Assembly (NCBI GenBank): GCA_051294375.1
Contig: CM119266.1
Span: 11,753,786 to 11,817,785 of the forward strand
Length of the DNA: 64,000 nt
Origin: Paraspadella gotoi
Lineage: Eukaryota > Animalia > Chaetognatha
Direction: 5' to 3'
The notes under the pieces were generated by a model. It saw only the letters and a program-made list of their open reading frames with translations. It was not told where the DNA came from and did no database searches. Position numbers and translations under genes: made by a program. This document shows positions 50,101-64,000 of this stretch, in pieces; position 1 is the first letter of the stretch; each line of letters opens with the position of its first letter.

Positions 50101-52064
50101 CTCTTATTCTCTTTCTCTTTCTCGCCATATTTTTTCACCTCTCTCTCTCTTTTTCATTTTTACCTATTTTTTCCTTTGTTATTTTTTCAACGCTTTAATC
50201 TTTTTTCTATACTAATCTCCTTCATTCAGTACCTTTCTTTTTTCTTTCTCTCTTTTCCTCCTTTTTCCCCTCCTTCTTCCCCTTTCTTTTCTCTCATTTT
50301 TTCCTTTTCTTCCCCTTTTTTTATTTTTTTCTTCCTTCAGTGTTTTTTCTTTTTTCTTACTTATTTCTCCCAATTTTTTTTCGTTTTTTTTTTTTTTCTC
50401 TTCAATTAAATTTTTTTGCATTTACATCAAGGAATATATTGAAATATAATATATAAAAAAAAAATATGCACATGCAATAGTTGCATACATTTTCTTATAT
50501 AAAATAATATATTTGCTATTTTTTAAATATAGAAGGAACTAATAAAAAGACATTATACCTTTTCAATCATGATATATTTTTTAATAAAAAACTAAAAAAA
50601 ATTGTAAATAAAAAATAAATCTTTGATCAATCTATCACATCAAACATTCATCAAAAAAATTAATATCATAATTTATAATTTATGGTTATGGGTTATGAAA
50701 AAATAAAAACAGAAAACAAGTGTTCAAGAAACTAACAACTAGAAAATAATGAAGAGTATACGAAAAAAAGAGAAAGAAGAGAAAGAAAAAACAAAACATA
50801 GAATTAGAATTACAGTGTGATTTTTTTTCTTTCTTTGTCCTTTTTATATATTTATATTATGCTATGAGGAAAAGAAAAAGTTTTTTGTAAGTAAGATTTA
50901 TACGATGCCATTACTGATAGCTAAATTATCATAGGTAGATTTAAATAGTTTGCTAACCATTTCTTCATTTACTAACTAAAATCTATCTATCTGAAATAGA
51001 AGATAAAAAAGATTCAGGAGCAAGAGTTAAAGATAAAATACCATTTAAATATTTATTTGATTTAAAATAATAATATTTTAAAGTAAATTATAAAAAATTA
51101 ACCGATTTTACGGTTAACCGTTAAAAAATATTAGTTTTAACCGGTTAAGCGAATTTTCTCAACAGATTAACCGGTTATCGGAACGCTAACTCTCGAGGGT
51201 TGAAGCTATAAATACAAAATAATTTGGTGACCTCATGACAACGAAAAATAATTGAATTCCGTCTTTGCAGAATCACAAACTATCGATTCTCTATTAGTGC
51301 ACTCCGAATCGACTCTTACTTCATCATCGTAATGGGATGCTTAATGGATTAGCTGAAAAAACTGGTTTTATTCATTAAAGTTTACGTTAGAAACAGAAAT
51401 TGGTAGTTCGAACCTTCTCGATTAATCATAAAATCCTCGGTCTTATCGAAAGCGGGTGGTGGACCAGTTGAACCCGGCGAGGTCGAAAGTCCAAATCGGC
51501 GTCGCGGGCGTCGCGGAATCACCACCTCCTTCACTTTTGTTCCGCCTGGCGGAGGATTGATCATCAAATCTATCAATATTCAATAAGAAATCTTTATCAT
51601 AATCATCATCCTTTTGACTACTGCTTTTTAATTCCTCCTCTTTTCTGTCCATCTTTTCGCGTGTTGAATCTCGGGACGCCGTCGTCCACAGTGTAGGTCA
51701 GACTCAGTCTTAACGTCGAGCGGCGCCCATTTCCATCCTCTCGACGAAAACACTGAGGCTGGAATCAAAACGATTTTCAAATAATCGAGCAGATGAAAGG
51801 GAAATAATAAGATAAAGTTATTTAATAAAATGTCATGTACATAGTTATAAATTTATTAAGATGCTAATAAACTTGCATATGAATTGTGTGTGTAATATGA
51901 AAATGATCCAAAAAAATCCATGAGAATTAACTTTTGACGAATTTCATCAAAAGTTTTTCTAAAGGAAAGAAAGAGAATTCCTTTGTATTAAATTTGTTTG
52001 AGAGAAGAAAATTAGTATTTTTGTCTTCAAACAATGATTTTTTAATAGAAACAATTAATAACGC
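46016..52064 (-). repeat. Right arm of the inverted duplication (indel-rich, ends at an N gap)
   Basis: Reverse complement of 38740-44658 with dense 1-nt indels. Confidence 0.9.
48077..51730 (-). pseudogene. Frameshifted second copy of the CmcJ/NvfI-family oxygenase (pseudogene or unpolished assembly copy)
   Basis: All five exons and the introns are recognisable, with frameshifts throughout. Confidence 0.75.
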
Positions 52065-52147
52065 NNNNNNNNNNNNNNNNNNNNNNNNNCCTTCAACCTC
52101 ACACAACACATGACGACTCTGACAGGAATGAAAAGAATGAAAAGAAA

Positions 52148-52220
52148 AGTTCACGCCCGGGTTCGAACCGGGGACCTTGCGCGTGTGAGGCGCACGTGAT
52201 AACCGCTACACCACGAGAAC
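52148..52220 (-). tRNA. tRNA-Val(CAC)
   Basis: GTTCTCGTGGTGTAGCGGTTATCACGTGCGCCTCACACGCGCAAGGTCCCCGGTTCGAACCCGGGCGTGAAC folds as a cloverleaf with one acceptor mismatch, followed by a T-rich terminator. Confidence 0.9.
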
Positions 52221-53171
52221 TGTTGCTTGGACGACGATTCCATACTGAATTCAATTTGAAAATGTTTTGTCAGATTCGCATACTTTTTTATCGTCTTAAA
52301 ATTTAAATAAATTAAAGTTTAATGGTATATTAGAGTAAACTTTATAATCAACGAAAAATAAAAACGTCGATAGCAACGTAAATTTTTGAAGCTTCGCACT
52401 TCGGGGTCGAAAGTGGAGCAAACAAACATTCTCGATCTCTTTGACTCCGCATCGCGGTTTCTCCCCATTAGCGATGACGATGTTCGGCGTTGTGTTCCAA
52501 CGGAGGCTGGAACAACAAAGCGTGGGAGGGGAATTGGGGGGGTGTTTATTTAAGGGGGAAGTGGAAGGAGGTGTGCGATGGGGATGTGAGGGGAGAGTGA
52601 GAAAAGGAAGTTTAGTACAGTAGCTGACGAAGGGTTTAAAATTATTAACAAAATGCTATTTCTTGTAGCAGGAATCTTGTGAAGAAAAACTGTAAGAGAT
52701 GAGTAAATGAAATCTGAATTTTTAAATCTCATTTACATACTGTAGTTATAATATAATTTGAGTTTTTTTGCATTTTGGAATCTAATATTAGTTCTGTTTT
52801 TCTTTTTTTCAATAGTTAATTTTAGTGTTTAGCAATGTTAATAATTAACAGAAATTATTTTAAAACTTTATTTAATTAATTAATAGTTGTAACTTAGCTT
52901 AATGAAATTTACTTATAATATCAAACTATTATCGGTAAGGACGACAAGGTTAGTTTAGTTTAGTTTAGTTTAGTTTAGTTATTTTGTTGCCGATTCTGTT
53001 TTTGGTATATTAAAAAAAAACCTTAGCCGATTACTGAAAGATGCTTTGACTTTGTTCACAAGATGAAAAAAGACCACATTTTGCGACTTTTCTCTGACGA
53101 TTAAAAAACGACAACAATGACGACCATGGCAACGTCGATAACTTTATTTCGACTTCAATAGTAACGACGAG

Positions 53172-53233
<62 letters not shown>

Positions 53234-53530
53234 AAACGCGACGGTAAGGAGGGTCGGGGCTTCGCTCAATTTTAATTACTCGCACATTTTCGACCCAAAA
53301 AGTCCAAAGGTAAAAAAAATCCCGAACGGGGGTAATTTTTCAAGGGAATACGAAGCTCAACCAAAATAAGGAAGGAAAAAAAATGAGAGGGCGTATTTTT
53401 TAAATTTCTTTTTTTTTTTTAATTTTCCGAAAGAAGACAATCGACGATTCGAAACAAAAGGTTATTTTTCTCTTTTACTTTTCTTCCATTTGATGTGGCG
53501 ATTATGCGCTGAAAATTATTTCTAGTGAGC

Positions 53531-54633
53531 NNNNNNNNNNNNNNNNNNNNNNNNNNNNNNNNNNNNNNNNNNNNNNNNNNNNNNNNNNNNNNNNNNNNNN
53601 NNNNNNNNNNNNNNNNNNNNNNNNNNNNNNNNNNNNNNNNNNNNNNNNNNNNNNNNNNNNNNNNNNNNNNNNNNNNNNNNNNNNNNNNNNNNNNNNNNNN
53701 NNNNNNNNNNNNNNNNNNNNNNNNNNNNNNNNNNNNNNNNNNNNNNNNNNNNNNNNNNNNNNNNNNNNNNNNNNNNNNNNNNNNNNNNNNNNNNNNNNNN
53801 NNNNNNNNNNNNNNNNNNNNNNNNNNNNNNNNNNNNNNNNNNNNNNNNNNNNNNNNNNNNNNNNNNNNNNNNNNNNNNNNNNNNNNNNNNNNNNNNNNNN
53901 NNNNNNNNNNNNNNNNNNNNNNNNNNNNNNNNNNNNNNNNNNNNNNNNNNNNNNNNNNNNNNNNNNNNNNNNNNNNNNNNNNNNNNNNNNNNNNNNNNNN
54001 NNNNNNNNNNNNNNNNNNNNNNNNNNNNNNNNNNNNNNNNNNNNNNNNNNNNNNNNNNNNNNNNNNNNNNNNNNNNNNNNNNNNNNNNNNNNNNNNNNNN
54101 NNNNNNNNNNNNNNNNNNNNNNNNNNNNNNNNNNNNNNNNNNNNNNNNNNNNNNNNNNNNNNNNNNNNNNNNNNNNNNNNNNNNNNNNNNNNNNNNNNNN
54201 NNNNNNNNNNNNNNNNNNNNNNNNNNNNNNNNNNNNNNNNNNNNNNNNNNNNNNNNNNNNNNNNNNNNNNNNNNNNNNNNNNNNNNNNNNNNNNNNNNNN
54301 NNNNNNNNNNNNNNNNNNNNNNNNNNNNNNNNNNGATAATCGAGTTTCGACGAAGGAAAATGAAGAAAATCGACGGCGTTTTTGACCCAGAGACTTGAAA
54401 GGCGGCGCCCGGGGCGGACNNNNNNNNNNNNNNNNNNNNNNNNNNNNNNNNNNNNNNNNNNNNNNNNNNNNNNNNNNNNNNNNNNNNNNNNNNNNNNNNN
54501 NNNNNNNNNNNNNNNNNNNNNNNNNNNNNNNNNNNNNNNNNNNNNNNNNNNNNNNNNNNNNNNNNNNNNNNNNNNNNNNNNNNNNNNNNNNNNNNNNNNN
54601 NNNNNNNNNNNNNNNNNNNNNNNNNNNNNNNNN
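53531..54633. other. Assembly gaps (N runs); others near 52065, 58948, 62253, 62790-63136 and 63199
   Basis: Seen directly. Confidence 0.99.
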
Positions 54634-55278
54634 CCGGGGTGCCGCGGAGGGGTCGGGGTGGAGGAAAGAGTTTTTGAAGATGTACTGGTCGGCATCGAAA
54701 AAGGGAACAAGGTTATAAATGTGTGTATTAGTCTCTGCGCTAGTGGTAAAGCTCTCTTTTCGGTTGTGAAATTTTTGTTTAAAAATAAGGAAAATTATTG
54801 ATGTTTTGAGGCATAAAGGGGGGAAAAACTTAACTACATTATAAACTATTTAACTGAGAACACTAACTTATTAACACACAAGCTATACTAAACCAACCGA
54901 ATGTTCTCCAAGAAGTAATTCTTCTCTCTTTCTCCCGAAGATTATTTTTTTTTTTTTACAAGTTTTCGTTCTCATTTTATTCTTGTTATTTCAAACATTA
55001 AAAATCCCTCATCGCGATCGTAATCCGCGAAAAAAAAAAAAAAAACTTTTGGCGGATTTTTTGGAAATCGACTAATTAATCCTTTCCCCTTGCCCCGCGG
55101 GCCAGAAATCGTCGAATCGAGAAGGGTGTTGAAGGAGCGAGTTGGGGGGCTGTGGGATGTCGAAGAGGTGTTAGGGGTGGCGTAGGGAGGGGTGGCGACC
55201 GGCGAAGGTAAAGTTATGACGGAATGAGAGGTTTAGGGATTGAAAAATAGTATTGTGCTTAGAAGTTAAAAGTAATCG

Positions 55279-55444
55279 TTATTTGGTTGAAGCAAGGGTT
55301 GGATTGAATTTGAAAGATTGGATCCTGGATAGTCGTTGTCCGGAAGCCACTTGGGGTCTTTGATTGAAACTTACACAACTCTCTCCCGTCCCCACCCATC
55401 GCAGGTCGTAGGGATCGTGAGAGTCGCATTCATGGGCGGAGGCA

Positions 55445-55478
<34 letters not shown>

Positions 55479-55735
55479 CGGTGGCGTACCCGATCTGTAC
55501 TCCGTCAGATGGCCGGCCGAGCCGTCGGAGCTTCGACCGGATCGAGCGGCGGGACTCCCGGGGAGTTGATCTCGTGAAGTCAGTAGATTCCAGATCCAAG
55601 AGTGGATGGGTGAGTTCGACGGAGAGAGGAACGGGTGAGGGTTGGGTGGTGTTGATGTGGAAAAATTTAGCGAGGAAAAAGGATACGAGGAAAAAGAAAA
55701 AAAAAAAAATCAAGGATGAAATCAGCTCTTGAGAA

Positions 55736-55771
<36 letters not shown>

Positions 55772-55789
55772 AAAGAAAGAAAGAAAGAA

Positions 55790-55839
<50 letters not shown>

Positions 55840-56150
55840 AGAAAAAAGAAAGAAAGCTACAAAGCAACCCCAGTGAATTGCGTCTGGTGTCTGGAGACCC
55901 TCGACTTCATGAGGGAAAGCGAAGCTCGGTTGGTAAATGTAGGGAGAGGGGAGACGGTTGTGTTTGTGAATTAGTGGTGGCGGTGGTGGTGGTGGATGGG
56001 GCTGTGGGGTGAAAGAACGAAACGTCGTGATACAATCGTAGTTTCGGGTCAATCGATCTTCTTCTTCCTTAGGTCACGTAACCTTCCCTCAAGCTGCCTC
56101 TCCGCCGCCTCCGCCTCCGCCGCCGCAGCGAACCGCCGCGGCGAAAAAAA
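55279..56150 (-). other. Possible exons of an unidentified gene
   Basis: GC-rich open segments (AAAAEAEAAERQLEGRLRDLRKKK; RESRRSIRSKLRR..poly-Ala), but no recognisable domain and no consistent splice chain. Confidence 0.25.
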
Positions 56151-57160
56151 AAAACCCTGAAGATACCGGAGACATTTTTTCGTTATTCGATAACAACGGG
56201 AAAAAATCCGATAGTAAACAAGAAAAAAAGAGGCCGATCGAATGTCGGTCGTCAAGGCGATCGGCGTCAATGATCTCTTTAGTCGTGTTCCCAAATATTT
56301 TTTTCTAACAAAGCGTCGTTTCTGCGCATGCGTCGCGAAGTTTTGAATGAAAATAATCTGGAAGCAGGGAAAAAGGTGGAATTTGATGGCGGAAGTCATT
56401 TAGATAATTACATCGATGGGTCTGCAGTTAGTATTTATTATACTCGGATTAATTTTTTACATAGCTGCAAGCAAAGATATACTTTTTCATTTGTTACTTC
56501 GCTTGTTTTGTAAAAAAACACGCGTGACTTGTTTTTCGATCTCTGATCATTCTCGCACACGCACTTTCTGTTTTCTGACTCTCTCAACATTCTGGTTTCT
56601 GTTCTCTCTCCCCATCCCATGGTGCCTCGTTGACCCTACGAAAACAAAATCAATGAAGCGATTAAAACCAAAGGGATATGGCCGCATAGGGTGGTCGTCA
56701 AAATGACTCTGGACCAGACTATATCCATTATCCAGCCCGTGGTATATTTAGTCGATGGGAGTTGGACACATCTTTCGGAAGACCTCTAATGATCTTCTTA
56801 AAAGTTTTATTTTTTGTTTTGTTAATTCCGATGATTAGTATCATAAACAACGAAATTCCGATATGATTAGCATCCAAGGGCAACCAGGGTCTTGAACAAT
56901 GAAAATCTTCTTTTCTTTTCAATTCCGAAACTGAACGCGAGGAACAATAAGAAGAAGACTCTGTTATTGGATCCATTGTTTCAAACCCGTAAACTTTCCC
57001 GCCACGCGAGCCTCCTCACTCAACGCAACCATTGGCCGACCTGCCTTCAACAAATAAAATAAATTAATGTCCGTCAAGCCTCTGTCGGGCGCGCAACGAA
57101 CGATGAGGCCAAACAAAACAACAAACGTTGTCTTTCGTTCTTTAATGGATATGAGAGAGA

Positions 57161-57237
<77 letters not shown>

Positions 57238-57788
57238 CAAGATGCAACTGCGCGCTGATTGATGCAGCGGCGTCGGCGGCGGCTGGGAGATGGCGACGGC
57301 GGCAGTCGAAGCGATCGTCCGCGTTTGTCTCAGACTTCGCCTTCAGACTCTTCATTACCCCAACCCTTCTCGAGGGCCCAATTGTTCCGAGTTGCAACTC
57401 ACAAGACATTTAGACATGTCAATAGTTTTCAAACATGTTTTTTATATAATATTTAAAACTATCCAAATCTTGTTTGTGAATCACCGAATTCTAACCTCGA
57501 GAGTAAAAATAAAAATCTCGCTTATTATCATATTCTTCAATCTTTTCACCCTTTTTTTTTTCCTCGACTTATGGAATCCGTCATCGATCCTCGGGAAGAA
57601 AAAAAAAGGGAAAAAAGAAAGAAAGAGTGAAAATAGAGAAGATAAAGACGTCGGTGAAAAAAGGTTTTCGTGAACTGTGAAGGTTACTCTCGCTGGTGAG
57701 AGGGAGGAGCAGAAAATATAAGAGTCTCGGACCTCCAAAGAAGAAAAGGTGAAACGCCTCTCTCTCTCTCTCTCTCCCTCCTCTTTCT

Positions 57789-57883
<95 letters not shown>

Positions 57884-59599
57884 TTTTTTTCAACCACACG
57901 AACCTTTTTAGGAGGCGGGAATCACCACTAAAAAAAACCCAGAGTGAAAAGTTTAGGTTGGTGGCAGAGATGGTGGTCGGTGTGACGAATGAATGGGCGA
58001 CTGGGTAAGATTTTCACTGAAGAGAAGACGGAAAAAACTGACAGACATTTATTTTTCTACAAAAGATAGGATATTCGTTTTGGTCTAATTTAAAAATGTT
58101 CTCGTCATCGGAAAAATTACGTTTCTTATTCCTGTTTGTTCTTCTGTTTTGCATCTTTTCTCCTTAAAATTTTTTTCTTGTTCTAGGTACTTGTCGTCAA
58201 GGTTAAATATTGATTCTTCGTTCTTTTGGTACTCTTCTTTCTACTCTTCTTTCCAATTCTCCTGGTTCTACTCATTGTTCTCTTCGTTCTTTTGGTTCTC
58301 CCCGTTCTCCTCTCAGACGTTCTCCTCGTTCTCTTCTCCTCCTACCTTTCGACTTTCCCTCGAACATAAAAGCGACATAAAAGTCTAATCTAACAATTAC
58401 GTCCACGTAAATCTTCCTTTCGCGTCGTTGAGCTTCGCCGGAGGAGGGGGGGAGCGACCCCGGCGGGTGGGTTGAATTTTGTAATCACCTCTTCCACTTC
58501 ACTCTCACATCGAACGACGCACCTTCACCCTTGACCCTCCCCTTAATCTTTAACTTTCCCTTTCTCTCTCTCCCTTTCCCCTTTCCTTTTCATCTTTCAC
58601 TTTCTTCTTCTTATGCAAAAAAGAAAATACAAAATCTTGGAAAAAAAAATTGTGGAGGGGGAGGAAAGAGGAGGAGGAGGAGGAGGAGGAAGAAAGTCGG
58701 GCGACGAAAGCGATGATTCACGTCTTTGACAAGACGCACGCTGGGGGCGACGATCGAATGTGGGGTTGGGGCGGGGCCAGGATTAAGGGATGGGTGACGG
58801 GGATTTAAAGAGAATGCGCTGGTCGAAAGTGGTTGAAGATAAACGAATATAAGAACAGCGTTTTAAAACTAATTTACATGTGGCGGTTGTATATCGTTGG
58901 GAAAGTTTCACGATCTCATTGAAACTAGGCTTACGCGACAAAAAAAANNNNNNNNNNNNNNNNNNNNNNNNNAAATTAATCCGTCTGGGAGATAGCGCTA
59001 AAGATCAAAACTTGTGATTAGATTTATTGTTTTTAGCTCGAGTTTAGGATTTAAAATAAATATTTCTTTTATTAAAATCTTCTTTTTACAATCGCCTTCA
59101 TTAGGAGAGAAAAAAATAAACGGGATACAAATTAATAATTAAAAGAAAGAGCAGAAAGATAAATATAAGTAATTCATTAGAAATAATTGATTCCAAGGAT
59201 CAGGAAGAAATAGAGAAGAGAGATTAGAAGAAAAGGGACAGACGATGAAAATCAAAGCGAAGCAGAAAAAAAACGAAAAAACTGTTAAAAAGCGATAAAA
59301 CGATTTTGATGTCAAAGTTTAGAGAAATGAGAGAGAGAGAGCAGAGAGAGAGAGAGAGAGAGTAGGAGAGAGAATGAGGAGAGTGAGAGAGAGAAGATAG
59401 AGACAGAAAAAAACAAGGACGAGTCTATGCGATATTTCCCAAATTGGTCAAGTCGACGAAGGTCCTGAGGAAATGAAAAATGAGCAGGAATGCCTCGTTT
59501 TGTAGAAGAGGCATTTAAGAATATCTTAAATAAAAGAACTTAAGAGACGTTTCTAGTCGAGACATGAGTGGATCGTGATAAAAAATTGTAAAGATAGCA

Positions 59600-62500
59600 C
59601 AGGATGGACTGGAACGAAATTGAATTTCTTCATAGTTCTCACACCGAATTTTGTGTCATAAACCGTCAACACAGACCACACACACAACAAGCACATAGGG
59701 TAAGAAAGACTTGTTGTTTCTCTCTCGCTCTAACCACGCTTCCGGTCGCTGCCTAACGAACTTATTCTTCGATTTATCACTGGTTTTTAAGGGTAGAAAA
59801 AATCCGACTCTTTCGCTTATTTTTTGTCGATAGTCAACCTACGCGAAGAAGGGAGAAATTCTCGATTTTTTCATAATTCTCCAACGAGTTTGTGAAGAGA
59901 GAAGGCAGATGCGTCTCGAGCTTTTAGGACGGGTTTAACTTGAGCTAAATATGAACCTTACTTTGACTCTAATGGAAAATATTTATGAATGCTCTTTCCT
60001 TTCCACATCGTTTAAGTTAAAAGTAATTACAGTAATTAATTAAATTTAATTTCTTAACAGTTAATCAGTAATTAAGTAAAAGGTGATTACACCTATATCT
60101 ACGTTTTTGTTTTAACCCCCCAAATGAAATGGTTTCTCTCTTCTTTCTTTCGCTTCTTCTGAAGAATAAGGAAAGATTTGGGCGACCCATTTTGGGAAGA
60201 TTTAGGGCGGACTCATAGAAATATAAGGGCGGCCCATGAAAAGGATTAGGGCGGCCCTCATGGAACTCTATCTCGTCGCAAAGCCGAAACGTAATTTCCC
60301 CAACGCCTTCCTCGTCTCGGGGGCGTCACCCAGCATCACGCCACCTCCCGCTTCCTTCGCGTTTCAATCAACACGCACAGCCTTTTAATTTGCCGATTCT
60401 GCTGTCATCTCCAGGAAACGCAGATCGACTCGAACTTCCACTCACATCCCTCAGGCAGTCGGGGGCATCACCTCCAGTATTTCCTCTCTTCTTTCGCGGC
60501 CCCACTTCCTTCCGATTTTGTAAACTGAATTTGAAGATTAATCTGAAATACCTTTCGCTATAGATTACTGCCTTTTTTTCTTTGAATCTCTGCCCGTCCA
60601 GACAATCTACTCCGCATAATGAGTTTTTTCCACTGCACGATTCTTTAAGGTTCTTTAATTAATAGGTAATAAGTAATGTATATGCAGAATATTTTTATTT
60701 TATAAATCAATTTCCATGTCCACTCAACACCTCTGACTCCACGCGTGCATGAGAATTTATACCTTGTTTTCGCCGGGTCCTATCTAGGATATTCCAAAAT
60801 GCGTCAGATTCCGTGTTTACCCACTCTCTCATACAGAACGAGTCCTATCTCCCCTCTTCTTTTTGTCCCCCTCGCCAATGCTTCTCTTCGCTTCTCGCCC
60901 AATCTTCCCCCGCCTCTACCCTTCTCTCTTTTAAAACTCCTTGCCTGCCTTTTCCTCTGCTAATCCGCTCCCCTTCTGGCCCTCTCCTTAGCCCCTCTCT
61001 CTGCTATCCTTCTCTCCTCCCTCTCTCGCCGCGTCACGCCTTTGAGTTTTTGGCCTTTGAAAAAAAAAAATCGCCTCTGAGGTGGAGTCGAATGGAAAGC
61101 GAGAAGGGATGTAGTAGCTTCCTGCCCAGGGGCACTTTCCATAACCTCTTCTCTCTCTCTCTCTCCTCTCCTCTCTCTCTCCTCTCTCTCTCTCTCTAGC
61201 TCTCTCTCTCTCCTCTCTCTCTCTCTCTCAAGTTTTTTAACTTTCGCCGAATTTGAAAAGAAAAACTTCTTTTGGCGTCTCCGCCTTTCGCTCGTCTCTC
61301 TGTCGGATCTTCGTGGCGTTTGCCCATGCTTCCTGTACGTCTGAAGGAAATTTCTTTCATAACAGAATTTAATTTTCTTATCTTTGGGTATCAATAGAAA
61401 AAAAAGATTTATTCTCTTTCTTTTCTCTCTCTCTCTTCTCTTCTCTCTCTCTCTCTCCCTCTCCTCTCTCTCTCTCTCTCTCTCTCTCCCTTCTCTCATC
61501 ATCTCCTCTGCTCTCTCTCTCTCTCTCATCCTCTCTCTCTCTCTCTCCTCGTCTCTCTCTCCTCTCTTCCCTCTCAAGGCGGGTTTTCTTCTTGTTTTGT
61601 CAGCTTTGAAAGTTCGGCTTTCTCCTTGCCTTCTTTTTGCCTTCCCTTGGTGGTTTTTCACATCCTTTCCATTTTCCCAAAACATGTTGGACATTTACTT
61701 CGGTAAATTTAAATAGAGACGCTTTCAAGGTTTTTTTTTTCTTTTAACCATCTGGACCGGTGTTTCTCTCTCTCTCCTCCTCTCTCTCCTCTCTCTCTCT
61801 CTATCCTCTCTTCCGCTTCTCTCTCCTCTCGTCATCTCTCTCTCTCTTCTCTCTCTCTCTCTTCTCTTCTCTCTCTCATTCACATAGTGCACCGCGAAAA
61901 CGAATTCCATGTGTTTATTTTTCTTTGAGAACGCGACAATAATTCTCCAGGTCACGTTGACAGTTTTCGGTCGAGAATTCGACATTGAGCGAAACGTCGC
62001 TGGCGATCGGTTAACCGAGTCAGGAATTGATCCGTCAGTCCCGTGGATGTGGCCGTGGATTTTTTGCGTCGATCCTACTTGAGGGAGGGAAAGGAAAGGC
62101 AGGAAACAAAAGAACATCCGGTTTCGTTTCTCCGGTCCAGTATTTCCTCTCTTCTTTCGCGCCCACTTCCTTCCGATTTTGTTAAACTGAATTTGAAGAT
62201 TAAACTGAAATACCTTTCGCTATAATTACTCTTTTTTCTTTGAATCTCTGCCNNNNNNNNNNNNNNNNNNNNNNNNAAGTTTCACTCACGATTCTTTAAG
62301 TTCTTTAATTAAATCTATATTGGCGAATAGAGTATAGGTAATAAGTAATGTATATGCAGAATATTTTTATTTTAAAAATCAAATTCCATGTCACTCAACA
62401 CCCTGACTCCCCTCCTCACTAATTTTACCTTTCGCTCCAATCTATGTTCCATTCCCCTCTTCCCAGATTCCTGTTTTACATCTCTTCATCCCAACCTATC

Positions 62501-64000
62501 TCCCTCTTCTTTTTTCCTCCCATGCTTCTCTTCCTTCTCGCCCATCTTCCCCCGCCTCTACCCTTCTCTCTTTTAACTCCTTGCCTCCTTTCCTCTCTAA
62601 TCCCTCCCCTCTCCCTCTCCTTTACCCCTCTCCCTCTCATCCTTCTCTCCCTCCCTCTCTCAGCCGCGTCACCCTTTGAGTTTTTGGCCTTTGAAAAAAA
62701 AAACTCTCTGAGGTGGAGTCGAATGGAAAGCGGAGAAGGGATGTAGTAGCTTTCCTGCCCAGGGGCACTTTCATACCTCTCTCTCTCTCNNNNNNNNNNN
62801 NNNNNNNNNNNNNNNNNNNNNNNNNNNNNNNNNNNNNNNNNNNNNNNNNNNNNNNNNNNNNNNNNNNNNNNNNNNNNNNNNNNNNNNNNNNNNNNNNNNN
62901 NNNNNNNNNNNNNNNNNNNNNNNNNNNNNNNNNNNNNNNNNNNNNNNNNNNNNNNNNNNNNNNNNNNNNNNNNNNNNNNNNNNNNNNNNNNNNNNNNNNN
63001 NNNNNNNNNNNNNNNNNNNNNNNNNNNNNNNNNNNNNNNNNNNNNNNNNNNNNNNNNNNNNNNNNNNNNNNNNNNNNNNNNNNNNNNNNNNNNNNNNNNN
63101 NNNNNNNNNNNNNNNNNNNNNNNNNNNNNNNNNNNNGTCTGAAGGAATTTCATTTCATGAACAGAAATTTAATTTCTTATCTTTGGGTATCAATAGAANN
63201 NNNNNNNNTGGACGAAATGATTTCTTCATATTCTCACACCGAATTTGTCATAACCGTCAACACACACACACACACACACAAAAAGAAAACTTTTTTCTTC
63301 TCGCTCTCCGCCGTCGCTGTAACGAATTATTTCGATTTATCACTGGTTTAAAGGGTAGAAAAATCCGACTCTTTCGCTATTTTTTCGATATCAATCACGA
63401 AAAGGGAGAAATTTGTAGTTTCATAATTCACCAACGAGTTTGTGAAGAGAAGCAGATGCGTCTCGAGCTTTTAGGACGGGTTTAACTTGACTAAATATGA
63501 CCTTACTTGACTCTATGGAAAATATTAAATGCTTTCTTTCACTCGGTTTAAGTTAAAAGTAATTAAGTAATTAATTAATTAATTAACAGTTAACAGTAAT
63601 TAAGTAAAAGTGATTACCACCTAATATCTACGATTGTTTTACCCACAAAAATTTGGTTTCTTCGCTTCTTCTTGAGAATAAGGAAAGATTTGGGCGGATC
63701 TATGGAAAGATTAGGGCGGACTCATAGAAATATAAGGGCGGACCCATGAAAATATTAGGGCGGACTCATGGAACTCTATCTCGTCGCAAAGCCGAAACGT
63801 AATTTCCCAACGCCTTCCTCGTCTCGGGGCGTCACCCGCATCCACGCCCACCTCCCGCTTCCTTCCGGTTTCAATCAGACACACAGTCTCTAATTCCGAT
63901 TCTGTCATCTCCAGGAAACGTAGATCGACTCGACTTCCACCCACATCCCTCAGGCAGTCAGGCATCACCTCCAGTATTTCCTCTCTTCTTTCGCGCCCAC
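59600..64000. repeat. Locally duplicated blocks
   Basis: ~59605-60510 matches ~63209-64000, ~60473-61160 matches ~62136-62789, and 61339-61398 matches 63137-63198. The copies differ mostly by indels. Confidence 0.8.

Noticed and set aside
53502-54801. Long ORFs of 402, 286 and 139 aa (also 62476-63351)
   Set aside because: They are open only because they run through N gaps.
58195-58345. Glu/Asn-rich repeat on the minus strand as a coding exon
   Set aside because: In-frame stops; it looks like a degenerate 9-bp minisatellite.

Overview
Eukaryotic genomic DNA, most likely from an invertebrate animal: AT-rich introns, abundant (GA)n microsatellites, N-gaps, and indel-rich sequence after ~44.6 kb. 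Genes reconstructed by hand: a ~20 kb, roughly 35-exon soluble adenylyl cyclase (ADCY10-like, minus strand) whose introns carry a nested C2H2 zinc-finger pseudogene and many mobile elements; two uncharacterised minus-strand coiled-coil or spectrin-like genes; a minimal inositol-trisphosphate 3-kinase; GABA transaminase (ABAT); and a five-exon CmcJ/NvfI/AsaB-family Fe(II)/2-oxoglutarate oxygenase with a C-terminal membrane anchor, which has an inverted, frameshifted second copy. Most notable: a Penelope-type minimal hammerhead ribozyme inside a fold-back insertion with a 14-bp TSD; an unidentified ~290-nt structured RNA-like island in the kinase intron; a tRNA-containing repeat with Helentron-like ends; substitution of both bicarbonate-site residues in the cyclase; and the possibly horizontally acquired oxygenase. 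All calls come from reading the sequence only, and exon edges are manual.
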